Shown in pieces: positions 53,443 to 64,000 of a DNA stretch of 64,000 nt (positions are counted from its first letter, which is position 1; every line of letters starts with the position of its first letter). The notes under the pieces were generated by a model. The model had not been told where the DNA came from and ran no database searches. It saw only the letters and a list, made by a program, of their open reading frames with translations. The DNA comes from an uncultured Acidimicrobiaceae bacterium (GTDB lineage Bacteria > Actinomycetota > Acidimicrobiia > Acidimicrobiales > Bog-793). The stretch is taken from the NCBI GenBank assembly GCA_963719125.1, contig CAVRAT010000012.1, positions 133,031 to 197,030 of the forward strand, written 5' to 3'. The translations under genes and the position numbers were made by a program.

Positions 53443-54474
53443 TCAGCGGTTGGTCGAGGAGATGAGGACCTGCTTCAGGGCCTCGAACTCCTCGAGGCAC
53501 ATGCCGCTGCCGAGCGCAACGCAGTTGAGGGGATCCGGAGCCACGACGATCGGCATGTGCGTCTCCGCCTGGAGCCTGCTGTCGAGCCCGTGCAAGAGCG
53601 CGCCGCCGCCCGTGAGCACGATGCCTTGTTCCATGATGTCCGCCGCCAGCTCGGGCGGAGTGCGGTCCAAGGTGACCTTGACCGCGTCGACGATCGCCGA
53701 GACAGGCTCTTCGATGGCTTTGCGGATCTCCTCGGTTGTCGTGACGACAGTCTTCGGAAGGCCGGTCACGAGGTCGCGACCACGGATCTCGGCATGAAGC
53801 TCTTCTTCGAGCTCATAGGCCGAGCCGAGAGCAATCTTGATCTCCTCTGCCGTCCGCTCACCGAGAGCGAGGCTGTACTCCTTCTTCACGAACGAGATGA
53901 TCGCCTCGTCGAGCTCGTCTCCACCGATCCGGATTGACTGGCTGACGACGATGCCGCCGAGTGATATCACCGCGACCTCTGTCGTGCCGCCACCGATGTC
54001 GACGACCATGTTGCCGGTCGGCTCGTGGATGGGCAGGCCCGCACCGATGGCGGCCGCCATGGGCTCCTCGATGATGTAGGCCTTGCGGGCACCGGCGTAC
54101 TCGGCGGCCTCCTGCACAGCGCGCTTTTCGACACCGGTGATGCCCGAGGGCACGCAGATGACCATGCGCGGCTTGGAGAAACGATGGGGGTGGACACGGC
54201 GGATGAAGTAGCGCAGCATCATCTCGCAGATCTCGAAATCGGCGATCACGCCGTCCTTGAGGGGCCGGATCGCCTGGATGTTGCTCGGCGTCCTGCCGAT
54301 CATCCGCTTGGCCTCGACACCGACTGCGAGCGGGTGGCCGTCCTTGACATTGATCGCGACAACAGACGGCTCGTTGAGAACGATCCCGCGACCACGGACG
54401 TAGACGAGCGTGTTAGCGGTGCCGAGGTCGACGGCCATGTCACGACCGATGAAGGAGAACCTGCTCTCAGGCAT
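53443..54474 (-). CDS. mreB: rod shape-determining protein MreB
   Basis: [23 protein letters not shown] and a full-length actin-like ATPase fold. Confidence 0.95.
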   Translation of the reverse strand: MPESRFSFIGRDMAVDLGTANTLVYVRGRGIVLNEPSVVAINVKDGHPLAVGVEAKRMIGRTPSNIQAIRPLKDGVIADFEICEMMLRYFIRRVHPHRFSKPRMVICVPSGITGVEKRAVQEAAEYAGARKAYIIEEPMAAAIGAGLPIHEPTGNMVVDIGGGTTEVAVISLGGIVVSQSIRIGGDELDEAIISFVKKEYSLALGERTAEEIKIALGSAYELEEELHAEIRGRDLVTGLPKTVVTTTEEIRKAIEEPVSAIVDAVKVTLDRTPPELAADIMEQGIVLTGGGALLHGLDSRLQAETHMPIVVAPDPLNCVALGSGMCLEEFEALKQVLISSTNR

Positions 54475-54704
54475 ACAAGTGCTCCAGGACTAGGCGGGCT
54501 TGTAGCACCAGGCTACGGGATGCGTGCCCAGGTCACAAGAGCGGTCGGGGCCCACGGCCGCCAACGTCCGGCCGCCGCCGACCCAAACCGGCCCGCGGCG
54601 CCGCCGGAGTTCGGGCCTGGCCGGGCGAGAGTGGCGCCGGACGACGGCGGCGACGGGACCTTCGGCCCTAACGCACGGCATGCGCGACGACTTTCATCAT
54701 TGCA

Positions 54705-56123
54705 ATGACGCTTGATCTTTCGCGCTGGCAGTTCGGGATCACGACCGTCTTCCACTTCATGTTCGTCCCGCTCACGATCGGCCTCGCCCTGCTGCTTGCG
54801 ATCATGCAGACGGCCGCTTATCGGACCCGTCAAGACGCGGAGAGACACGACAAGTGGGACCGCATCACGCGCTTTTGGCGGCGCCTGTTCCTGATCAACT
54901 TCGCCATCGGCGTGGTCACAGGCATCGTGCAGGAGTTCCAGTTCGGCATGAACTGGTCGCTCTACTCACGCTATGTGGGCAGCGTCTTCGGCGCCCCGCT
55001 TGCCGTCGAGGCGTTGCTGGCCTTCTTCTTGGAGTCGACATTCCTCGGGGTCTGGATCTTCGGAAAGGGCCGGGTCACGGCGCGGGTCCACTTGGCGTCC
55101 ATCTGGCTCGTGAGCATCGGGACCATGCTGTCGGCCCTGTTCATCCTGGCGGCGAACGCCTGGATGCAGCACCCGGTCGGCTACAAGGTCGTCGGCAACC
55201 GTGCCGTGATGACCAACTTCTGGGCGGTAATGACCAACAGCACCCTGATCGGCTCGTTCCTGCACGTCCTGTTCTCGGCGCTCGTGACCTCGACGATGCT
55301 CATCTTGGGCGTGAGCGGCTGGCACCTGCTGAAGGACCGGAGCGCCGGTCATGCACCCCGGCCGGTCTTCGCCACCTCGGCCAAACTGGCCCTCGTCGTA
55401 GGGGTGGTCGCCATCGTTGCCACGATGTTCTTCGGCGACAACCAGGCAAGGATCATGGAGCGCCAGCAGCCCATGAAGATGGCCGCTGCCGAGGCCATCT
55501 ACAACACCCAGAACGGTGCGAGCTTCTCGCTGCTCACGATCGGGGATCTCTCGGGCAACCCGATATTCCAGATCCGGCTCCCCCACATGCTCTCTGTGCT
55601 GGCCGACAACAACTGGGACGGTGCGGTGCAGGGCATCAACCAGATCCAGGCCCGGGAAGCCGCCAAGTACGGACCGGGCAACTACAAGCCCATCTTGTGG
55701 GTCACCTACTGGACCTTCCGGATAATGGTGGGCTGTGGGATCCTCATGCTCGTCTTGCTGGCCGCGGGCCTTTGGCTCGTGCGCCGACGGCGGCTGGAGC
55801 GGTCGGCCTGGTTCTTGAGGATCTCGGTCTTCGCCATAGCGCTCCCCTTCGTCGCCAACACGACGGGTTGGATCTTCACCGAGATGGGCCGCCAGCCGTG
55901 GGTCGTCTACGGGCTGCTCAAGACCTCCCAGGCCGTGTCGCACATCGGCACCGGCTACGTCGTGACGACGTTGGTCGGTTTCACGGCCATCTACAGCCTG
56001 CTGGCCGCGATCGACTTCGGGCTCATGACCCGCTATGCCCGCGGCGAGGGGATGAGCGAAGAACACGACGACGAGCCTGAGCCCGAGCCCGGTGACGACC
56101 GGGTACCGGCGCTCGTCTACTGA
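54705..56123 (+). CDS. cydA: cytochrome bd oxidase subunit I
   Basis: MTLDLSRWQFGITTVFHFMFVPLTIGL..., a Q-loop, and GWIFTEMGRQPW. Confidence 0.95.
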   Translation: MTLDLSRWQFGITTVFHFMFVPLTIGLALLLAIMQTAAYRTRQDAERHDKWDRITRFWRRLFLINFAIGVVTGIVQEFQFGMNWSLYSRYVGSVFGAPLAVEALLAFFLESTFLGVWIFGKGRVTARVHLASIWLVSIGTMLSALFILAANAWMQHPVGYKVVGNRAVMTNFWAVMTNSTLIGSFLHVLFSALVTSTMLILGVSGWHLLKDRSAGHAPRPVFATSAKLALVVGVVAIVATMFFGDNQARIMERQQPMKMAAAEAIYNTQNGASFSLLTIGDLSGNPIFQIRLPHMLSVLADNNWDGAVQGINQIQAREAAKYGPGNYKPILWVTYWTFRIMVGCGILMLVLLAAGLWLVRRRRLERSAWFLRISVFAIALPFVANTTGWIFTEMGRQPWVVYGLLKTSQAVSHIGTGYVVTTLVGFTAIYSLLAAIDFGLMTRYARGEGMSEEHDDEPEPEPGDDRVPALVY

Positions 56124-56137
56124 GGGAAGGAGGATCG

Positions 56138-57294
<1,157 letters not shown>

Positions 57295-57298
<4 letters not shown>

Positions 57299-59079
57299 CT
57301 ACGTCCGAACGACGCCTGGGGGGGCTCATCGATTCTCGCTTGGCCCGCAAGACCGCGGTCACCCGCCGCTATCTCGCGGCAGCCGCGGCCGTCGGAACCG
57401 CTTCGACCCTGTGCCTGGTGCTCCAGGCCGTCCTCATCGGTCTGGTCGTCCAGCGCGCGTTTCTCGACCACCGCCCTCTGGGTCGGCTGGTCGGTTTGCT
57501 CGCCGGTCTTGGCGGCGCGTTCCTCGCCCGGGCGGCGTTGGCATGGCTGGGCGAGTTGGCGGCGCACCGCACCTCGGCGGGCGTGACCTCCGCGCTGCGC
57601 CGCCAGCTGTTGTCGCAAGCGGTCGCGCTCGGACCCTCGTGGCTGGCCGGCGAGCGCACCGGTGAGCTTGCCTCGGTGGCGACACAGGGCGTGGAAGCAC
57701 TGGAGGTCTATTTCGCCCGCTACCTGCCGACCGCCGTGGTAGCTGTTATCGCGCCACCGATGCTGCTGGCGTGGGTGCTGTGGTCCGACTGGCGCTCGTT
57801 TCTCATCCTCGCGGTGACAGTGTCGGTTATCCCACTGTTCATGGTCTTGCTGGGCCTCGAGGCCAAGCACCACGCCGAACGGCAGTGGAAACGCCTCTCC
57901 GGCTTGGCGGCCGCCTTCTTCGACCTGCTCCAGGGCCTGCCCACCCTGCGGGCCTTCAACCGCGCGCACGACGGGCGTCGCACGCTCGAAAGGGCCGCGG
58001 AGGACTTCCGGCTCACCACCATGAGCACGCTGCAGCTCGCCTTCCTCTCGTCCCTGGCCCTCGAGGTACTTGCCGCGGTGGGCACGGCGCTCGTGGCGCT
58101 GTTCCTGGGGCTGAGGTTGCTCGACGGCTCGCTGCACCTCGCGGTCGGCCTTGCGGTCCTGGTGCTGGCTCCTGAGGTGTATCTGCCACTGCGGCGAGCA
58201 GCTTCCGAGTTCCACGCCAGCACCGCGGGTCAGGCGGCAGCCGACCGGATCCTGGACATCCTGGACGAGCCGGTACCGGCTGCGCCAGTTCGAGCACAGA
58301 CCGGGGCCCCTACGGGCGCTCCAGCCGCTGGGTTCGACGTGGCGGGCGCGGCGGACCTGGCCGTGCTCGCCCGGAGCACGCTCAGGCTGTCCGATCTGCG
58401 GGTCTGCTACGCCTCCCGGGTCACCCCGGTCCTCGACGGGCTCAATTTGGACGTCGCGTTCGGCGAGCATGTGGCGGTCACCGGCGAGTCCGGGGCGGGC
58501 AAGTCCACCCTGCTCGCCGTCCTCCTCGGGTTCGTCACCCCCGCCGCCGGCATGCTCACCGTGGGCGGCGTCGAGCTGGGCGACCTGCCCATCCGGGACT
58601 GGCGACGGCAGGTCGCGTGGGTACCGCAGCGTCCTTACCTGGTCCGCGGCACCATCGCCGACAACATCTGCCTGGCCGACGCCAAAGCCAGTGGCAGAGC
58701 TGTCAGTCGCGCCATAGAGCAGTCGGGCCTCGCAGGGGTTCTCGAGCGACTGCCACGCGGTCTCGGGACCCCGGTCGGCGAGGGAGGCCTCACTCTCAGC
58801 GCCGGAGAGCGCCAGCGCATCGCCATCGCACGCGCCATCTTGCGGGACGCTCCCCTCGTGCTTTTGGACGAGCCGACAGCCCATCTCGATGCCGGCCGCG
58901 AGCTGTCGCTCGCGAAGACACTCGGTCCGTGGCTCGAGAGCCGGACCGTGATCGTCGCCGCCCACCGCCTCGGCCTCGTCGGGCGTGTGGACCGCACTCT
59001 CGCCTTAGCCGACGGTCGGCTCGTCGGTGTCGACGAAGCGGCCGACCCCGCGTTCGTGCCAATCGGGGCGAAACCATGA
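57295..59079 (+). CDS. cydD: thiol reductant ABC exporter subunit CydD (start codon uncertain)
   Basis: ABC TMD plus NBD (GESGAGKST, LSAGERQRIAIARA, VLLDEPTAHLD). There is no in-frame ATG/GTG near the conserved N-terminus. Candidates are CTG 57295 (CTGA overlap with cydB) or TTG 57340. Confidence 0.82.
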
Positions 59080-60773
59080 ATCTCCCCGACGCCGAGCGTC
59101 ACTCAGCGGTTGACACCCTGCGGGCACTGCTCGCCATAGCCGCCCCTCCCAGGGGCCGTTTCCTGCTCTCCGTCGCTCTCGGGGCCGCGGCTGCCATGAG
59201 CACGGTCGGGCTCATGGCTTGCTCTGGCGCGCTCATCGACAAGGCGGCGCTCCGGCCGCCTCTCTACACCTTGACGGTGCTGATGGCTGGCGTGCAGATC
59301 CTCGCCATCGGCCGCGGGCCTCTGCGCTACGGCGAACGGCTCTTCGGCCACGACTCGGCACTTCGGGCTGTAGGGCGCCTCAGGCTGTGGCTCTACGACG
59401 AGGTCGAGCCACGCACTCCCGCGGCCCTCGGCCAGTGGCGCAGCGGTGACATCCTCTCCCGGGCGACGGCCGACGTCGACTCGCTCCAGGACCTGGCTCT
59501 GCGAGGCCTCTCGCCGGTGCTGGTGGGGGTCATCACCTCCGTGTTCGCAGTCGGTCTGGTGGCGATCATCCTCCCGGCCGGCGGCCTCGTGCTCGCGGGC
59601 TGCCTTGCCTGCGCCCTCTGTCTCACATCAGCGGTTGCGTGGGGGCGCCAGCGCGGGCTCGGGGCCAGGGAGACGGCGCTCAAGGGCGCGCTCTCAGCCG
59701 ACGTCGTCGAGCTCCTCCGTGGAGCTGCGGACCTTGTGGCTCTCGGGCGTGATGAGCAGTACCTCGAGCGGGCCCTTGCCGACGACGAGGAGCTCGTCGG
59801 TCTCGCACGCCGCCGTTCGTGGACCGCGGGCGCCGCGTCCGGCCTCGCCGTCACCTTTGCCGGCACTGCCGTCATCGGCCTGTTGGCGGTCGCGATCCCG
59901 GCGGCCGGCGAGCACCGTCTCCCCGGTTACATGCTGGCCGTGCTGCCACTGGTGGCGCTTGGCGCTTTCGAGATCGTATTACCGGTTGCCGACGCCGCCG
60001 CGAGGTTCTCGCACCACCTCGCCGCCGCCCGCCGCGTGCTCGCGATCGCCGATCTCCCGACGCCGGTTCACGACCCCGCAGAACCCGTGGCCGAGCCCAC
60101 CGAGACCGATGTCGCCCTGAAGGACGCCCGGCTCCGCTACGGGCCGGACCACCCGTGGGCCCTGGACGGCCTCACGGTGTCGGTCCCGGCGGCAAGACGC
60201 GTGGCCCTCGTCGGGGCGAGCGGCGCAGGCAAGAGCAGCGTCGTGAACGCGCTGCTGCGCTTTTGGGCGTTGGAGGGAGGCGAAGCCACACTGGGGGGAG
60301 TCCCGCTGGACCGTCTCTGCCAAGAAACGCCCCGCCGCATGATTGCCTGGGTCGCCCAGGACACGCACCTGTTCAACACGACGATACGGAGGAACATCGC
60401 GCTCGCTCGGCCCGATGCGAGCGCAGCCGAGATCGCCGAGGCCGCCCGGGCAGCACAACTCGGGGACTGGATCGACTCGCTGCCCGAGGGCCTCGACACC
60501 GAGGTCGGCGAGCAGGGCGCCCAGCTCTCCGGAGGCCAGCGCCAACGCCTCGCGCTCGCCCGTGCCCTGTTGGCCCGGACGCCGATCCTCGTCCTCGACG
60601 AGGCGACCTCGGGACTGGACGAGGCGACGGCCGAACGGCTGCTCAGTGACGTTTTCACCACCACGGCCGACAAGAGTCTCCTTTACGTCACCCACCGGCT
60701 CGACGAGCTTGCTGGTTTCGACGAGATCGACGAGATCGACAACGGCCGCGTGGTCAGCCGGTCCGTGCCATAG
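59076..60773 (+). CDS. cydC: thiol reductant ABC exporter subunit CydC
   Basis: The ATG overlaps the cydD stop (ATGA). Motifs GASGAGKSS, LSGGQRQRLALARA and LVLDEATSGLD. Confidence 0.9.
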   Translation: MNLPDAERHSAVDTLRALLAIAAPPRGRFLLSVALGAAAAMSTVGLMACSGALIDKAALRPPLYTLTVLMAGVQILAIGRGPLRYGERLFGHDSALRAVGRLRLWLYDEVEPRTPAALGQWRSGDILSRATADVDSLQDLALRGLSPVLVGVITSVFAVGLVAIILPAGGLVLAGCLACALCLTSAVAWGRQRGLGARETALKGALSADVVELLRGAADLVALGRDEQYLERALADDEELVGLARRRSWTAGAASGLAVTFAGTAVIGLLAVAIPAAGEHRLPGYMLAVLPLVALGAFEIVLPVADAAARFSHHLAAARRVLAIADLPTPVHDPAEPVAEPTETDVALKDARLRYGPDHPWALDGLTVSVPAARRVALVGASGAGKSSVVNALLRFWALEGGEATLGGVPLDRLCQETPRRMIAWVAQDTHLFNTTIRRNIALARPDASAAEIAEAARAAQLGDWIDSLPEGLDTEVGEQGAQLSGGQRQRLALARALLARTPILVLDEATSGLDEATAERLLSDVFTTTADKSLLYVTHRLDELAGFDEIDEIDNGRVVSRSVP

Positions 60774-60842
60774 GAGGGCGAAGGCAATCGCTCGCCCGCG
60801 CCTTCATCCCTTACCCAAGGCTCTGTGCACCGGCATTGAACC

Positions 60843-61253
60843 TCAGGCGAGGCCGGGAAAGAAGATCTCGATCTCCCGCGCGGCCGACTCCGGGCCGTCG
60901 GATCCGTGGATGAGGTTCTCGGTCATCTCGGTCGCAAGATCGCCGCGGATCGTGCCGGGCGGTGCGTCGGCTGGATTGGTGGGCCCCATGAGCGTCCGCA
61001 CGATCCTCCACGTCCCGGGCGGGCCGGCGACGACCATGACCATCGCCGGGCCACGCCCGATGAACTCGACCAGATCGCTGTAAAAAGGCTTGCCGACGTG
61101 CTCCGCGTAGTGCCGGCTCGCAGTCTCGGCGTCGATGGTACGCAGGTCGGCCGCCACGATGCGGAGGCCCTTGCGTTCGAGACGGCTGATGATCTCCCCG
61201 ATGAGACCGCGCTCGACGGCGTCGGGCTTGCAGATGACGAGGGTGCGCTCCAC
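60843..61253 (-). CDS. ndk: nucleoside diphosphate kinase
   Basis: [12 protein letters not shown]...NLIHGSD. The GTG at 61253 gives 136 aa. Confidence 0.94.
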   Translation of the reverse strand: MERTLVICKPDAVERGLIGEIISRLERKGLRIVAADLRTIDAETASRHYAEHVGKPFYSDLVEFIGRGPAMVMVVAGPPGTWRIVRTLMGPTNPADAPPGTIRGDLATEMTENLIHGSDGPESAAREIEIFFPGLA

Positions 61254-61318
61254 GGGCGGCGACCCTAATCGCCCCGGGGCCGACCGGGCAATCTGCAAGC
61301 AGACAAGTCGCTGACCGA

Positions 61319-62698
61319 TCAGGACAGCGCCGTGCGCGCGGCCCCTACGACGTAGAGGGAGCCCGTGACCAAAACGAGGTCGTCGCGGCCGGCGAGCTCG
61401 AGGGCCCGGTCCAGCGCCTCGGCGGCCGTCCCGGACTCTTCGGCCACGAGCCCGAGGGCCTGCGCCGCTTCGACGACGCGCCCGGGCTCCTGAGCCCGGG
61501 GAGAAGGGGGTCGGCATGCCACAACCGCGGCAATGCGCTCGGGCCCGAGCGCGGACAGGAGCTCTCCGGGATCGCGGCCACGAAGGCAGCCCATCACGAC
61601 GATCACTCGTTGCGCGCCGGCGAAGTCCTCCTTCAGCGCCCAGCCGGCCGAGGCTGCCCCGGCCGGGTTGTGAGCCCCGTCGAGCACGACGAGCGGATGG
61701 CGCCCCACAACCTCGAGGCGGCCGGGAACCCTGACCGTGGCGAGCGCGTCGCAGACTATGTCCTCTTCGATCGTCGTCCCGAGAAAAGCCTGCGCGGCGG
61801 CCACGGCACAGGCGGCGTTGTCAGCCTGGTGCGCGCCGTGAAGAGGAAGGTGCACGTCGGAAAACCGCCCGAGCGGCGTCCACAGATCGATCAGGCGCCC
61901 CCCCACCGCGAGCCGATTGGAGCTGCAACCGAAGTCCGTGCCACGACGCCAGATCGCCCGCGCCCCGATTGTTTCGGCTTCGGCCTCGAAGATCGCGGAC
62001 ACGACCGGGTCCTCCTCGCCTAACACGAGAAGCGAACCGCTCTTTATTATCCCGGCCTTCTCCGCCGCGATCGACTCTCGCGTCGTCCCGAGGATCTGGG
62101 TGTGGTCGAGCTCGACGTTGGTCACCACAGCCACATCGGCGTCGCCTACGTTCGTGGCGTCGAATCGGCCCCCGAGGCCGACCTCCGCCACCACAGCCTC
62201 TGCGGCCATGTCGGCGAACCACGCATAGGCGGCCGCCGTCACGAGCTCGAACCAGGTCGCGCGAATACCCAGGAAACGCTCGATTTCCGCCACCGTCCCG
62301 AGGACGCTCACGAAAGAGTCGTCGGTGATCTCGGCGCCGGCGAACTGCAGCCTCTCGTTGATCCGCTCCAGGTGTGGGCTCATGTACGTGCCGACCGACA
62401 GCCCGCAAGCCTGAAGGATCGCGGTAGTCATCCGCGACGTCGAGCCCTTGCCGTTCGTCCCGGTGATGTGGACGATGGGGTACGTCGCCTGCGGGTCGCC
62501 GAGCGCACCCACGAGCGCGCTTATGCGCTCGAGGCTCGGCAGGCCCAGGCGCCCGGCGCGGCCCTGCTCGATCGCCTCGAGATTGACGTGCCGGTCGAGC
62601 CAGGCCAGCGTCTCGCCTAAAGAGGGAGCCCCCGCGCCTGGCAAAGGGAGCAAAGGCGGCTCGGCGGGGAGGCCGAACTGGTGGTCAGACTGGGACAC
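61319..62698 (-). CDS. folC: bifunctional folylpolyglutamate synthase / dihydrofolate synthase
   Basis: [12 protein letters not shown]-loop and a Mur-ligase fold. Confidence 0.9.
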   Translation of the reverse strand: MSQSDHQFGLPAEPPLLPLPGAGAPSLGETLAWLDRHVNLEAIEQGRAGRLGLPSLERISALVGALGDPQATYPIVHITGTNGKGSTSRMTTAILQACGLSVGTYMSPHLERINERLQFAGAEITDDSFVSVLGTVAEIERFLGIRATWFELVTAAAYAWFADMAAEAVVAEVGLGGRFDATNVGDADVAVVTNVELDHTQILGTTRESIAAEKAGIIKSGSLLVLGEEDPVVSAIFEAEAETIGARAIWRRGTDFGCSSNRLAVGGRLIDLWTPLGRFSDVHLPLHGAHQADNAACAVAAAQAFLGTTIEEDIVCDALATVRVPGRLEVVGRHPLVVLDGAHNPAGAASAGWALKEDFAGAQRVIVVMGCLRGRDPGELLSALGPERIAAVVACRPPSPRAQEPGRVVEAAQALGLVAEESGTAAEALDRALELAGRDDLVLVTGSLYVVGAARTALS

Positions 62699-62730
62699 GC
62701 CTCGCGAAGGCTGGGGATCCCCGGCGCGGC

Positions 62731-64000
62731 TCAGGAAGCCACGCGGCGCGAGCGCTCGGTCTTCTCCTGGCCAGTCGTACGGGGTACCAGGCTCGGCGCG
62801 ACCCTCTGCAGCACGACGGACTTATCGACCACGCAGCGGCCGATGTCCTCCCGGCTCGGCAGGTCGTACATGACCTCGAGGAGGACCTCTTCGAGAATGG
62901 CGCGCAGGCCCCGGGCGCCCGTGCCCCGCAGCATCGCCTGCTGGGCGACGGCCTCCAGGGCGTCATCGGTCAGTTCGAGCTCGACGTTGTCGAGCTCGAA
63001 CACGCGGCGGAACTGCTTCACCAGGGCATTCTTGGGCTCGACGAGGATACGGACGAGCGCCTCCTCGTCCAGACTTCGGACCGCCCCGATCACGGGGAGG
63101 CGACCGACGAACTCGGGGATGAGGCCGAACTTGAGCAGGTCCTCGGGGAGGACCTGCATGAGGACCTCGCCCTCCTCGCGGTGCTTGGAGTGGCGCACGT
63201 CCGCACGAAAACCGATTCCGGCGCGGCCGATGCGGTTCTCGATGATCTTGTCCAAGCCGGCGAATGCTCCACCGCAGACGAACAGGATGTTCGTCGTGTC
63301 GATCTGGATGAACTCCTGGTGGGGGTGCTTGCGGCCGCCCTGGGGTGGTACCGATGCCGTCGTGCCCTCGAGGATCTTCAACAGGGCCTGCTGGACTCCT
63401 TCACCCGATACGTCCCTCGTGATTGAGGGGTTCTCGCTCTTGCGGGCGATCTTGTCGATCTCGTCGATGTAGATGATCCCGGTCTCGGCTTTCTTGACGT
63501 CGTAGTCAGCGGCCTGGATCAGCTTGAGCAGGATGTTCTCGACGTCTTCGCCGACGTAACCCGCTTCGGTGAGCGCCGTCGCGTCGGCGATGGCGAACGG
63601 GACGTTCAACATGCGCGCCAGCGTCTGGGCCAGGAGGGTCTTGCCACAACCGGTCGGACCGAGAAGAAGGATGTTGGACTTGGCGATCTCGACGTCGCCG
63701 TCGCGGTAAACGCCGGCCTGCACGCGCTTGTAGTGGTTGTAGACAGCCACCGAGAGGATCTTCTTCGCCTGCTCCTGGCCGACCACGTAGTCGTTGAGGA
63801 AGTCGAAGATCTCCCTTGGCTTGGGAAGGTCCTCGAATCGGACCTCTGTCGGCTCAGACAGCTCCTCTTCGATGATGTCGTTGCACAGCTCGATGCACTC
63901 GTCGCAGATGTAGACGCCTGGCCCGGCGATCAGTTTCTTAACCTGCTTCTGCGACTTGCCGCAGAAGCTGCACTTGACTAGCTCTCCACCGTCCCCGAAC
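62731..64000 (-). CDS. clpX: ATP-dependent Clp protease ATP-binding subunit ClpX (5' end just outside window)
   Basis: The frame is open to the window edge. Read on the minus strand it gives ..[42 protein letters not shown].. (Zn finger), then [15 protein letters not shown] and IIYIDEIDK. Confidence 0.95.
   Translation of the reverse strand, partial: FGDGGELVKCSFCGKSQKQVKKLIAGPGVYICDECIELCNDIIEEELSEPTEVRFEDLPKPREIFDFLNDYVVGQEQAKKILSVAVYNHYKRVQAGVYRDGDVEIAKSNILLLGPTGCGKTLLAQTLARMLNVPFAIADATALTEAGYVGEDVENILLKLIQAADYDVKKAETGIIYIDEIDKIARKSENPSITRDVSGEGVQQALLKILEGTTASVPPQGGRKHPHQEFIQIDTTNILFVCGGAFAGLDKIIENRIGRAGIGFRADVRHSKHREEGEVLMQVLPEDLLKFGLIPEFVGRLPVIGAVRSLDEEALVRILVEPKNALVKQFRRVFELDNVELELTDDALEAVAQQAMLRGTGARGLRAILEEVLLEVMYDLPSREDIGRCVVDKSVVLQRVAPSLVPRTTGQEKTERSRRVAS

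Noticed and set aside
54490-54545. Rex/CRP-like operator upstream of cydA (CTTGTAGCACC...GGTCACAAG)
   Set aside because: Only 5 nt at each end are complementary and the half-sites are ~26 nt apart. This does not fit TTGTGAA-N6-TTCACAA or TGTGA-N6-TCACA.

Overview
Very GC-rich (about 70% by eye), gene-dense chromosomal segment of actinobacterial type. I count about 55 protein-coding genes and recognise no rRNA, tRNA, CRISPR array, transposase or prophage. Most of the window is a conserved housekeeping backbone whose gene order matches what I remember from Streptomyces and Mycobacterium. Reading the minus strand from the right edge: clpX, folC, ndk, mreBCD-PBP2, rne, rplU-rpmA, obg, proB/proA, nadD-rsfS, then xerC-whiG-like sigma, rpsB-tsf-pyrH-frr-cdsA, dxr-rip-ispG. 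The plus-strand mtrA-mtrB-lpqB-like genes lie between rsfS and xerC. Many adjacent genes are coupled by 4-nt ATGA/GTGA overlaps. Lineage-specific blocks interrupt this backbone: (i) an NAD-type formate dehydrogenase cluster (fdsA/fdsD/fdhD) at the left edge; (ii) an aminotransferase / HpnA-like SDR / lipoprotein hydrolase operon divergent from lat, plus a TPP enzyme; (iii) a YhaO/YhaN (SbcD/SbcC-like) nuclease-ATPase pair and an Eis-like acetyltransferase; (iv) a 1105-aa exported protein (35.06-38.38 kb) with three tandem six-blade propeller-like modules and a GH25/DUF1906-like domain, preceded by an AT-rich promoter/operator patch; (v) a MoxR / CoxE-like VWA / histidine phosphatase trio coupled to proA, and an unassigned 290-aa gene between proB and proA; (vi) cydABDC between ndk and mreB. 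The most unusual locus is the propeller/GH25-like giant and its neighbourhood. I cannot show that it is a new 'system', only an architecture I do not recognise as characterised. Three reading-frame disruptions are visible: in the essential tsf, in the eis-like gene, and in a decayed ORF at 5.6-6.3 kb. The tsf and eis-like cases are single extra bases in a GCGCG context, so assembly indels are as likely as real pseudogenes. All family calls come from motif and sequence recognition by eye, with no database search. Start codons are often uncertain.
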